Source: an uncultured Aliarcobacter sp. (GTDB lineage: Bacteria > Campylobacterota > Campylobacteria > Campylobacterales > Arcobacteraceae). From it: DNA of 64,000 bases. The notes beneath the pieces were generated by a model. The model made no database searches. It was not told the DNA's origin and saw only the letters and a program-made list of their open reading frames with translations. Of the stretch, positions 29,941-39,787 are shown one piece after another. The position numbers and the translations under genes were made by a program. The stretch spans positions 704,001 through 768,000 of the forward strand of contig CAXXLV010000002.1 in the NCBI GenBank assembly GCA_963664305.2, given 5' to 3'. Position 1 is the first letter of the stretch; each line of letters begins with the position of its first letter.

Positions 29941-32253
29941 ATGATAAATAAAATAAAAAACTTTTTAAACTTAGATATAAAAAATGAAAAATATGCTCTA
30001 ACAAATGATGAAAAATTTGGGAAAGTTGCACTTGAAAAAGCCCCTACTTCTTGGGTTCGTTCAACTTGTGGTTATTGTGGAGTTGGTTGTGGACTTTATA
30101 TTGGAGTTAAGGATGGAAAGCCAGTCTATACAAAAGGTGACCCAAAACATCCAGTAAATCAAGGAACACTTTGTCCAAAAGGTTTAAGTGAACATCTTAT
30201 GGTACAAAGTTCAAATAGGTTTACAACTCCAATGATTAAAAAAAATGGAGTGTTAGGATCAACTTCATGGGATGAAGTATTTAAAACTACAAGTGATAAG
30301 TTCAAAGAAATTCAAGAAAAATATGGAAATACAGCTATTGGAGTTGTATCAACTGGACAACTTCTAACAGAAGAGTTTTATAGTTTAGGAAAATTTGTAC
30401 AACTTGGACTAAAAACAAATAACTATTGTGGAAATACAACACTTTGTATGGCAAGTGCTGTTATGGGATATAAACAAACTTTTGGAAGTGATGGACCTAT
30501 TGGTGCTTACGAAGATTTTTCCCATGCTGATGTTATTATGTTAATTGGAGCAAATATAGCAGATAATCACCCTATTTTGAAACTTCATATAGCAAAAAAC
30601 CAAAAAATAACGGGGAAAAAACCAACAATTATTGTAGTTGATCCAAGATTTTCAAAAACTGCAAATATGGCAGATATATATGTTCCAATTCAACCAAGAA
30701 GTGACCTTGCACTTATGAATGGACTTTGTTACATTATCTTAGAGCAAGGTTGGGAAAACGAAAAATTTATAAATGAAAAAACATCTGGTTATAAAGAGTT
30801 TAAAAAACATATTTTTGAAAACTATAAACCACAAGATGTTTCAAATATCACGGGAATAAATGTAAAAGATTTATATGAACTAGCTCGCGTTTATGCAAAA
30901 GCCAACAAAGCTATGAGTGCTTGGACAATGGGAGTAAATCAAAGCTCAATTGGGACTGATACAGTAAGTGCTATTTGTAATCTTGCTCTTATTACTGGAA
31001 ATGTAGGACGACAAGGAGCAACTGCATTATCAATTACTGGACAATGTAACGCTATGGGGACAAGAGAGACTGGATTTACCTCTTCACTTCCTGGATACAG
31101 AAACTTTGCAAGTTCTTATGATAGAGAAGAGTATGCAACACTTGTAAATGTTCCTGTAGAAGATGTTCCAACAAAAAGAGGTTATTCTTATCCACAAATT
31201 ATAGATGCTATTGATAGAGGTGAGATAAAAGCTTTATGGTTAGTTGCAACAAATCCTTTGATTTCATATCCAGACCAAAACAAACTAAGAAGTGCTTTAG
31301 CAAAACTAGAGTTTTTAGTTGTTCAAGATGCTTTTAAAAGTGAAACTTCACTCATAGCTGATATTGTATTTAGTGCTGCAACTTGGAGTGAAAAAGAAGG
31401 CGTTTATACAAATAGTGAAAGAAGATGTAACTATGCGAAAAAAGCTGTTGAACCTTTGGGTGAAACAAAAAGTGATTTAAATATTGTTTTAGAATTTTCA
31501 AAATATTTTGAAGGCTTAAATGAAAAATTATTCCCTTCTTGGAGCGAACCAAAAGATGCCTTTAATGAATGGAAAAAAGTGAGTGCAGGAAGATTATGTG
31601 ATTATTCAGGAATGAGTTATGAACTCATTGAAGAACTTGGTGGAATCCAATGGCCTTGCAATGAAAAATATCCAAAAGGAAAAGCTAGACTTTATGATGA
31701 AGAGATGCCTTGTCCAACAGAAGATGGAAAAGCAAAACTTTTATGCCTTGATTGGAAACCTTTAGTTGAAACTTCTAGCTGTGATTTCCCATTTATTTTA
31801 AATACTGGAAGAACTGTTGAACAATGGCATACAAGAACAAAAACAAAAACTATCTCTATTTTAAATGATTTAGCCCCAGAAGCTTGGATTGAAATAAATC
31901 CAACTGATGCAAAAAAACTTGAAGTAAAAAGTGGTGATAGACTTGATATTAGTTCAAGCAGAGGAAGAATAAATAATATCATAGTAAAAGAGACACAAAA
32001 TATTAGAGTTGGAACTGTTTTTGTACCATTTCATTTTAATGAACAGCTAATAAACACTATAACGATTGCTGATTTTGACCCAAAATCTTTTGAGCCAAAT
32101 TTCAAACAGTGTGCAGTCCAACTTCATAGCTCTAAAGTTCCCCAAGGTTTAAAAGTAAAAAAAGAGGAAATAGTTGCTCAAATTGAACATATAGTTATAA
32201 AAGAAGAAACTATCTCTTTAAATGATTTAGAGAAATCATCAATTATAAAATAG
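29941..32253 (+). CDS. Second nitrate reductase-family Mo-bisPGD oxidoreductase
   Basis: CGYCGVGCG...LCPKG; NTTLCMASA; GQCNAMGTRE; TGRTVEQWH; EPNFK; no Tat signal. Confidence 0.85.
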   Translation: MINKIKNFLNLDIKNEKYALTNDEKFGKVALEKAPTSWVRSTCGYCGVGCGLYIGVKDGKPVYTKGDPKHPVNQGTLCPKGLSEHLMVQSSNRFTTPMIKKNGVLGSTSWDEVFKTTSDKFKEIQEKYGNTAIGVVSTGQLLTEEFYSLGKFVQLGLKTNNYCGNTTLCMASAVMGYKQTFGSDGPIGAYEDFSHADVIMLIGANIADNHPILKLHIAKNQKITGKKPTIIVVDPRFSKTANMADIYVPIQPRSDLALMNGLCYIILEQGWENEKFINEKTSGYKEFKKHIFENYKPQDVSNITGINVKDLYELARVYAKANKAMSAWTMGVNQSSIGTDTVSAICNLALITGNVGRQGATALSITGQCNAMGTRETGFTSSLPGYRNFASSYDREEYATLVNVPVEDVPTKRGYSYPQIIDAIDRGEIKALWLVATNPLISYPDQNKLRSALAKLEFLVVQDAFKSETSLIADIVFSAATWSEKEGVYTNSERRCNYAKKAVEPLGETKSDLNIVLEFSKYFEGLNEKLFPSWSEPKDAFNEWKKVSAGRLCDYSGMSYELIEELGGIQWPCNEKYPKGKARLYDEEMPCPTEDGKAKLLCLDWKPLVETSSCDFPFILNTGRTVEQWHTRTKTKTISILNDLAPEAWIEINPTDAKKLEVKSGDRLDISSSRGRINNIIVKETQNIRVGTVFVPFHFNEQLINTITIADFDPKSFEPNFKQCAVQLHSSKVPQGLKVKKEEIVAQIEHIVIKEETISLNDLEKSSIIK

Positions 32254-32355
32254 ATTAATTCATTTCTATATTTTAATGTAAAAATAAGTTTAAAATAAAA
32301 TATATACATTTTTATTTTACTTATTTTTATTTATTTAATTTAAAATTAAGATTAA

Positions 32356-32372
32356 TGAATAAATTATATACA
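32356..32372. promoter_or_regulatory. Palindromic box TGAAT-N7-ATACA upstream of nirB
   Basis: 31 nt before AATAAT at 32404. Confidence 0.55.
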
Positions 32373-32438
32373 ATTTTCAAAACACAAATTTTTTTCTTTA
32401 TGTAATAATTCAATTATAAGAAACTAAAGGAAAGAAAA

Positions 32439-34901
32439 GTGAAAAAGAAATTAGTTGTAATTGGAAACGGAATGAGTGGTTTACGAACCATTGAGGATTT
32501 ACTTGAACTTACAAATGACAAGTACGATATAACTATTTATGGTGATGAACCTTATGTTAACTATAATAGAATCATGCTTTCATATATACTTTCAAGTGAA
32601 AAAACTTTTGAAGATACTATCATAAATCACCAAACTTGGTATGAACAAAACAATATTACTTTAAATAAAGGCGATAAAGTAATATCTATCAATAAAAATG
32701 AAAAAACTATTACTAGCCAAAGTGGAAAAGTTGAATCATATGACAAACTTCTAATTGCTACTGGTTCACTTCCATTTATTCCTAAAACTACTGGAAGTGA
32801 TTTAAAAAATGTAATTGCATTTAGAACAAAAGCTGATGTAGATACTATTTTAGCAACTATAGATAAATCAAAAACAGCTGTTGTTGTTGGTGGTGGTTTA
32901 CTTGGACTTGAAGCTGCTTATGGTATTGCTATGCATGGAATTAAAACTATTTTAGTTCATAGAAGTAGCTCAATTCTATCTCAACAATTAGATTCTACTG
33001 GTGGAAAACTTTTACAAAAAAATCTTGAATCTTATGGAATTGAGTTTAAACTAAACACTACTGTAACACAAATAGATGGTGTAAATGAAGTAGAAATTGT
33101 TAAATTTAGTGATGGAGATGTAGTTGAGTCAAATCTTGTGATTTTTGCAACAGGAATTATTCCAAATAAAGAGTTAGCAATAGATGCAACATTGGAATGT
33201 AACAAAGGTATTGTTGTAAATGATTTTTTACAAACAAGTGATGAAAATATTTTTGCTATTGGTGAATGTGTTGAACACTCTGGAAATACTTATGGTTTAG
33301 TTGCCCCTTTATATGAACAAGCAAAAGTTTTAGCTAAATATTTAGCTGAAGTTAAAACAGAAGGATACAATGGCTCAACTCTTTCAACAAGACTTAAAAT
33401 CTCAGGTGTTGATTTATTTAGTGCAGGTGATTATCTTGGAGATGAAACAACTGAAGATTTAATTTTATTAGATGAAAAAGTTGGTATTTATAAAAAATTA
33501 GTAATTTATAATGACAAAATCATTGGTATGGTTTTATATGGTGATACAGCTGATGCTTCATGGTATTTAAAACTATTAAAAGAAGAGACAGATATAAGTG
33601 ATTTAAGAACTAAAATCCTTTTTGGTAAATCAGCACTTTCAGGAGATAGTGGTCATGGTGGAAATGATGTAAATGCTATGAGTGATGATGAAGAGGTTTG
33701 TGGATGTAATGGAGTTTGTAAAGGTGATATAGTTAGAGCCATCAAAGAAAAAGATTTAAAATCTCTTAGTGATGTAAAATCTTGCACAAAAGCAGGAGCT
33801 TCTTGTGGAAGTTGTAGTGGTTTAGTTGAACAAATTTTAGTAAATACTTTAGGTGATGAGTATAATGCAGTAGAAGAAGGAATTTGTTCTTGTACAACTT
33901 TAGGTCATAAAGAGATTAAACTAGCTATTGATAATGGTGAATTTGAAACTGTTTATGATGTATTTAATAAACTTTCATGGAAAACAACTGATGGTTGTGC
34001 AAAATGCCGACCAGCTATCAACTATTACTTACTTGTAAAATACAATGATGATAAATATAAAAATGATAAAAGAAGTGCTTTAGTAAATGATAGAATGTTT
34101 GCAAATATCCAAAAAGATGGAACTTATTCAGTGGTTCCTAGAATTTGGGGTGGGCTTACATCTCCACAAGAACTTAAAGATATTGCAGATATTGCTGTGA
34201 AATATGATGTTCCAACAGTTAAATTTACTGGTGGTCAACGACTTGATATGCTTGGAGTTAAAAAAGAGCAATTAGAGCCTATGTGGAAAGATTTAAATGA
34301 TTGTGGTTTTGTTTCAGGTCAAGCTTATGCAAAAGGTTTAAGAACTGTTAAAACTTGTGTTGGAAATACATATTGTAGATTTGGAACTCAAGATTCTATG
34401 AATATGGGAGTTCTTTTAGAAAAAATCACTTGGGGAAGTTGGACACCACATAAATATAAACTAGCAGTTTCAGGATGTCCAAGAAACTGTGCGGAAGCAA
34501 CTATCAAAGATTTTGGTGTTGTTGGAGTTGATTCTGGATGGGAAATTCATATAGCTGGAAATGGTGGTATAAAAGTGCGAGTTACAGACCTACTTTGTAA
34601 AGTAGAAACTGATGAAGAGTTAATCGAATATACAAAAGCATTTATGCAGTTTTATAGAGAAGATGCCTACTATTTAGAAAGAACTGCTCACTGGGTTGAG
34701 CGAGTTGGACTTCAATATGTAAAAGATGTAATTTTAGATAAAGAAAAAAGAGCCTTTTATGCTCTAAGATTTGAAGAATCTCAAAAATCGGCACAAGTTG
34801 ACCCTTGGGCAAAAGCAATAGAAGATGGATTTACAAAAGAGTTTTCTACAATTGTAATAAATCCAGAAGAATCACATAGTTTTGAAGCAAAGGAGTTTTA
34901 A
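32439..34901 (+). CDS. nirB: NAD(P)H-dependent nitrite reductase large subunit
   Basis: IGNGM, GGGLLGLEAA, CGCNGVCKG, ANIQKDGTYSVVPR, KTCVG...C, SGCPRNC. Confidence 0.95.
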   Translation: MKKKLVVIGNGMSGLRTIEDLLELTNDKYDITIYGDEPYVNYNRIMLSYILSSEKTFEDTIINHQTWYEQNNITLNKGDKVISINKNEKTITSQSGKVESYDKLLIATGSLPFIPKTTGSDLKNVIAFRTKADVDTILATIDKSKTAVVVGGGLLGLEAAYGIAMHGIKTILVHRSSSILSQQLDSTGGKLLQKNLESYGIEFKLNTTVTQIDGVNEVEIVKFSDGDVVESNLVIFATGIIPNKELAIDATLECNKGIVVNDFLQTSDENIFAIGECVEHSGNTYGLVAPLYEQAKVLAKYLAEVKTEGYNGSTLSTRLKISGVDLFSAGDYLGDETTEDLILLDEKVGIYKKLVIYNDKIIGMVLYGDTADASWYLKLLKEETDISDLRTKILFGKSALSGDSGHGGNDVNAMSDDEEVCGCNGVCKGDIVRAIKEKDLKSLSDVKSCTKAGASCGSCSGLVEQILVNTLGDEYNAVEEGICSCTTLGHKEIKLAIDNGEFETVYDVFNKLSWKTTDGCAKCRPAINYYLLVKYNDDKYKNDKRSALVNDRMFANIQKDGTYSVVPRIWGGLTSPQELKDIADIAVKYDVPTVKFTGGQRLDMLGVKKEQLEPMWKDLNDCGFVSGQAYAKGLRTVKTCVGNTYCRFGTQDSMNMGVLLEKITWGSWTPHKYKLAVSGCPRNCAEATIKDFGVVGVDSGWEIHIAGNGGIKVRVTDLLCKVETDEELIEYTKAFMQFYREDAYYLERTAHWVERVGLQYVKDVILDKEKRAFYALRFEESQKSAQVDPWAKAIEDGFTKEFSTIVINPEESHSFEAKEF

Positions 34902-34902
34902 G

Positions 34903-35211
34903 ATGAAAAAATGGTACAAAATTGTAAGTATAGAAGAAATTCCTTTTATGGGTTCAAGAGTGATAGAAATTGGTGATTTACAAATTGCAATCTTTAAAAC
35001 TAAAGATGATTCAATCTTTGCAGTAAACAATACTTGTCCTCATAAAAAAGGAAAATTAAGTGAAGGATTAGTTCATGAACATATTGTTACTTGCCCACTT
35101 CATAACTGGAATATTGATTTAAAAAGTGGTGAAGCTTTAGGAAATGACCATGGTTGTACAAATGTGTATGAAACAAAAATTGTTGAAAACATAATTTATT
35201 TAGGAATTTAA
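34903..35211 (+). CDS. nirD: Nitrite reductase small subunit (Rieske-type)
   Basis: CPH and CPLH motifs; ATG at 34903 after AAGGAG. Confidence 0.92.
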   Translation: MKKWYKIVSIEEIPFMGSRVIEIGDLQIAIFKTKDDSIFAVNNTCPHKKGKLSEGLVHEHIVTCPLHNWNIDLKSGEALGNDHGCTNVYETKIVENIIYLGI

Positions 35212-35212
35212 A

Positions 35213-35953
35213 ATGGAAAATAGAGTTTATCTAACAGGTGCTGGTCCTGGAGATATTGAATTACTTACTTTAAAAGCAGCTAGGGTAATAAGTGAAGCTG
35301 ATGTAATAATCTATGATAAATTAGCAAATCCAGAGATTTTAGAAATGGCAAAAAAAGATTGTCAATTTATTTTTGTAGGAAAAGAGAGTGGAAATCACTC
35401 TGTTCCTCAAGAAGAGATAAATGAAATAATTTATCAAAGTGCTTTAAAATACAGTAATAAAGTTGTTGTAAGATTAAAAGGTGGAGATCCATTTGTTTTT
35501 GGGCGTGGTGGAGAAGAAGCTATTTATCTACATCAAAGAGGAATAAAATTTGAAATTATTCCAGGAATTAGCTCAAGTGTAGCAGTCCCAGCTTATGCTG
35601 GAATTCCAGTAACTCATAGGGGAATAACAACTTCATTTAGAGTTGTAACTGGTCATGAAACACCAAATAAAAAAATATCTCAAATCGAATGGCAAACTTT
35701 TTTAAATGATGAAACAATAGTATTTTTGATGGGATTACATAATATTGGATTAATTACTTCAAAATTAATGAGTCTAGGAAAAAGAAAAGATTATCCTTGT
35801 GCAGTTGTTTCAAAAGGAACAACAAAAGACCAAAAAGTAGTTATTGGAACATTAGAAGATATTACGCAAAAAGCAAAAGATTTACCAACACCAGCCATTA
35901 TAATCGTAGGAGAAGTTGTAAATTTAAGAGAGCAAGTTAAATGGTTTGATTAA
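35213..35953 (+). CDS. cobA: Uroporphyrinogen-III C-methyltransferase
   Basis: GAGPGD, RLKGGDPFVFGRGGEE, GIPVTHR. Confidence 0.95.
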   Translation: MENRVYLTGAGPGDIELLTLKAARVISEADVIIYDKLANPEILEMAKKDCQFIFVGKESGNHSVPQEEINEIIYQSALKYSNKVVVRLKGGDPFVFGRGGEEAIYLHQRGIKFEIIPGISSSVAVPAYAGIPVTHRGITTSFRVVTGHETPNKKISQIEWQTFLNDETIVFLMGLHNIGLITSKLMSLGKRKDYPCAVVSKGTTKDQKVVIGTLEDITQKAKDLPTPAIIIVGEVVNLREQVKWFD

Positions 35954-38519
35954 CTTTATTTTCGAAAACAATAGAAAAACAAGCACCTTTATATTGTTTT
36001 TGATTATAGGTAAACTCTTCGTTATAAATGTCTATTATACCATTGTGTCTTTCTCTTACAATTTTATCAACAATTGCAAGACCAAGACCAGTTCCTTGTG
36101 ATTTATGTTTTGTTGTAAAATATGGTTCTAAAACTTTAGAGATAATTGACTCTTCAATTCCACCACCACTATCTAAAAAGTTTATTTCTAATCTATTTTT
36201 ATCAAGTTGTTTTGTTTTTATAAAAATAAATCTATCATCTTCATCTTTATCTTTTAATACATCTTTACTATTTGAAATGATATTTAAAAAAGCTTCTGTT
36301 AATTCATTTTTATTACCATAAATTTCTAAATCAGCATCAATATCCAAAACTAAATTTATAAAGTTATTATGTAAAGAAGCATGTATAAGATTTAATGTAT
36401 TTTCTAAAATCTCTTTTATACTAATCTCTTTATTTGATTTATCTTCTTTAATAAAATCTCTAAAATTATCAATTGTATTTGATAAATATTCTGTTTGTTT
36501 CACAATAGATTTAGATGTCTCTTCAATATCCTCTTTATTTAACATATTAAATTCAGATTTTACTTTTAAAGCACTTGCACTTGTACTAATAAAACTTAAA
36601 GGTTGTCGCCATTGATGAGCAATATTTCCTATCATTTCTCCCAATGATGCCAATTTTGCTTGTTCTTGCATAATTTTTAATGAACTAACATCTTTAATAA
36701 GTAGTAAAAGTCTCTTTTTATCAGGAAGCAATGATAAGTTCAAATTAACAGAAACTCTTTTTTCTCCAAATAAAAATACATTTTCATAATTACTAATAAA
36801 TCCATCTGAGATTACTTTATCTAAAATCTTTTTATTGTTTTCAATATCTGGAGATATACAAAAATCAAATAACCTTTTTTCTTCTAAAACCTCTTTTGGT
36901 TCTTTTATCATTTCAATCAAAGAATCATTAAATTTAATAAATTTTGTATCTAAATCAAGTATTGCTATACCATCTTTAGAATAATTAAAAATCAATTCAA
37001 ACTCTTGTTTTTGTTCTAATATCTGTTTTTGATTAAATTCTTTTTCCGAAATATCAATTCCAATAGTTGCTAAATAATCCATAGAATCATCTTCTTTTTG
37101 AACAAGCATACTTGACCATTCAAAAACTCTCTCTTCACCACTTCTTGAAATCCAAGAGTTTTTAAAATTCTTAATAATATTTCCTTTTTTTGCTTCATCT
37201 ATAATATTAATTACTTTATCTCTTATATTCTCATTTAAAAATCTTGACCAAAAAAATGGAACACTTGATATCTCTTCTTGCGTATATCCAACAAATTCTT
37301 GTGCATATTTATTTACTTTAAACATAACACCATCACTATTAATTACAGCAATAATTGCATTTGAGTTATCTATAATTGTAGAAATAAAATCCCTATCTTT
37401 TATTATTTGTTTTTCTAAATTTTTTCGCACTGTCAAATCACTGTGAGTTCCAAGCATTCTAATAGGCTTATTATTTTTATCAAGAATAACTTTTCCACGA
37501 GTCAAAATCCAAACATAATTTCCAGATTTATTTCTCATTCTTATTTCTAAAAAATATTTGTTATCAATTGGATTTTCAAAATAGTTTTTTAGACTATCTT
37601 TTACTATTTTTTTATCATCAGGATGAACTAGATTGAAAAAAGAATCAGCATTATTTTCTATTTCATCATCTTCAAAATCTAATAATTTTTTCCATTTAGC
37701 AGAAAAATAAGTTTCATTTGTTATTAAATCCCAATCCCAAATACCTTCATTTATACTCTCAATTACTAACTCAAATCTATTATTAATTTCATCAATTTTA
37801 AATCTAGAATTTTTAATAGTTGATATCATAGTGTTCATTTTAGAAATTAATTCATTTAACTCTTTTGTATTATGTAAAGGAATTGCATTTTTAGGTAAAC
37901 CATCTTCAGAATCATTTTGAATTACATCTATGATATTGTAAATTGGTCTTAAAACAAAGGTTTTAATCATAAAAAATAAAAGAGTAATAATGATTAAAGA
38001 AGAGATTAAAATTTCATATAAACTTCTTTGAACGATTATATTTAACTCTTCTTCTAAATGTTTATTTGTAGAATATATCATTATTTTTGCGATTTCAATA
38101 TCTGAATTTTTAAGAGTTAATTCTTTAACTGAAAAATTATTTTTGATTATTATTTGCTGTTTTAAATCATTTTCTTTAAAACTTACAATCTTATCATCTA
38201 TTTTTAATTTTCCACTTTCTACATAATCTTTACTAAAAATTTTTCCATAATTATAATCTTTGATTGTAATAGCTAATATATTTTTATTTTTTAGTTGATT
38301 TTCTATTAGTTTTTCATATTCATTAATTGCATATGAATTAATAAAATAAGGAAGCATATCTTTTAACTGTAAAGATACAGATTCAACATCTAAAGTTATT
38401 TCATTGATTAATCGTTTTTTTGTTTCAAAATAGTTATAACTTGTATAAAGAGACATAATTACTATTACGAAAAATAATAAGGGAAAAAGAAAAGAGACTA
38501 TTAAAGAGTTATTTCTCAT
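35937..38519 (-). CDS. Membrane PAS-domain sensor histidine kinase
   Basis: 2 TM; three PAS-like domains; [10 protein letters not shown]-box; DSGGGI; GTGLGL. Confidence 0.92.
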   Translation of the reverse strand: MRNNSLIVSFLFPLLFFVIVIMSLYTSYNYFETKKRLINEITLDVESVSLQLKDMLPYFINSYAINEYEKLIENQLKNKNILAITIKDYNYGKIFSKDYVESGKLKIDDKIVSFKENDLKQQIIIKNNFSVKELTLKNSDIEIAKIMIYSTNKHLEEELNIIVQRSLYEILISSLIIITLLFFMIKTFVLRPIYNIIDVIQNDSEDGLPKNAIPLHNTKELNELISKMNTMISTIKNSRFKIDEINNRFELVIESINEGIWDWDLITNETYFSAKWKKLLDFEDDEIENNADSFFNLVHPDDKKIVKDSLKNYFENPIDNKYFLEIRMRNKSGNYVWILTRGKVILDKNNKPIRMLGTHSDLTVRKNLEKQIIKDRDFISTIIDNSNAIIAVINSDGVMFKVNKYAQEFVGYTQEEISSVPFFWSRFLNENIRDKVINIIDEAKKGNIIKNFKNSWISRSGEERVFEWSSMLVQKEDDSMDYLATIGIDISEKEFNQKQILEQKQEFELIFNYSKDGIAILDLDTKFIKFNDSLIEMIKEPKEVLEEKRLFDFCISPDIENNKKILDKVISDGFISNYENVFLFGEKRVSVNLNLSLLPDKKRLLLLIKDVSSLKIMQEQAKLASLGEMIGNIAHQWRQPLSFISTSASALKVKSEFNMLNKEDIEETSKSIVKQTEYLSNTIDNFRDFIKEDKSNKEISIKEILENTLNLIHASLHNNFINLVLDIDADLEIYGNKNELTEAFLNIISNSKDVLKDKDEDDRFIFIKTKQLDKNRLEINFLDSGGGIEESIISKVLEPYFTTKHKSQGTGLGLAIVDKIVRERHNGIIDIYNEEFTYNQKQYKGACFSIVFENKVNQTI

Positions 38520-38522
38520 AAA

Positions 38523-39476
38523 TTATTTTATACCTAATACATTTAATTTTATTTTAGGTAAATTTTCTTGAATATTATCTTTTGAAATAGCTAAAATTGG
38601 AAGTTTATACTCTTTTTTCACTTCTTTTTTATTTAAATAATCATCTAAAACTTCTACTGCTTTACTTCCCATAAGATATGGTTGTTGCATTGCTGAACCA
38701 ACTAATATCTCTTTTGGTATTAAATCTAAAAATTCAGGTTCAGCATCAAAACAAATAAGAAGAATTTTTCCTTCTTTATTGGAATCTTTAATAGCATCAA
38801 GAGCACCTTTATATTTATCAGAACCTTGTAACCAAATAGCTTTTAAATCTGAAAATTGATTTATCAATTTTATTGAATAATCATAAGTTTCTTTATATGA
38901 AAAATCTACTTGTTGATAAATTCCTGTAGTTTTTATATTTGATTCATTTAAAGCTTTCAAAAATCCATTTGTTCTATCTTTTCCATTTGTTCTTTTTTGA
39001 GGAATAGCAATAATTCCTACAGTTCCATCTTTATCCCAATTTAAATCTATCAATTTTTTTGATAAAATTTTTCCAAGTTCATATGCTCCTGTTACATTAT
39101 CAGAAGAGATAAAAGAGACATAATCTCCACTATCAGCACCAATATCAGATATAACAACTGGTAAATTTGCTTTTTTTGCTAAATCTAATATTGTGACTGC
39201 TGTTGAAGAATTTATAGGAGAGATTATTAATCCATCTACTTTAGAATTTAAAACTGTAACAATATTCTCAAGTTCAATTTTTTTTAAATTATTTGAACTA
39301 TAAAAGTCTATTTGATAACCCAATTCAGAAGCTTTTGATTTAATACCTTTTGACATAATTTGCCAAAAAGGAATACTCATATCAGATACTATGTAAGCTA
39401 ATTTTTTATTTGGTTCCATTGCATTTACGCCAATTGAAATCATGATAAATAAAATAATAATTTTAATTTTTACCAT
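38523..39476 (-). CDS. Periplasmic sugar-binding-fold protein (RbsB/LacI family)
   Basis: Signal peptide; PFWQ, DGLIISP, SDNVTGA, R..GF, FD, QQPY.MG. Confidence 0.85.
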   Translation of the reverse strand: MVKIKIIILFIMISIGVNAMEPNKKLAYIVSDMSIPFWQIMSKGIKSKASELGYQIDFYSSNNLKKIELENIVTVLNSKVDGLIISPINSSTAVTILDLAKKANLPVVISDIGADSGDYVSFISSDNVTGAYELGKILSKKLIDLNWDKDGTVGIIAIPQKRTNGKDRTNGFLKALNESNIKTTGIYQQVDFSYKETYDYSIKLINQFSDLKAIWLQGSDKYKGALDAIKDSNKEGKILLICFDAEPEFLDLIPKEILVGSAMQQPYLMGSKAVEVLDDYLNKKEVKKEYKLPILAISKDNIQENLPKIKLNVLGIK

Positions 39477-39745
39477 CTATAAATACTTAACTCCATAATT
39501 TTATAATAAAATAATATCTAAGTATACATAATTTTTTTGAATTTGCATAAATAATTGTAGTTATTTTATCAGATTTTTTAATAAAAGTTAAATGTTAGAT
39601 ATATTTGAGTAAAAAAATTATTAATTGTGTGAGATTGATAAATTGTCGATAAGTAGCTATTTATTAAAATTAATATTGTTTGTAATATGTTTGATTTAAT
39701 GTTTTTAAATTTCTTTTCTAAATTAAGGCTATTCGAACTTTAACA

Positions 39746-39770
39746 AACAAGAAGAGAATAACTTCTTGTT
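39746..39770 (-). terminator. Hairpin after the TpsB gene
   Basis: aacaagaag...cttcttgtt. Confidence 0.55.
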
Positions 39771-39787
39771 CATTCTTTTATTTTAAA

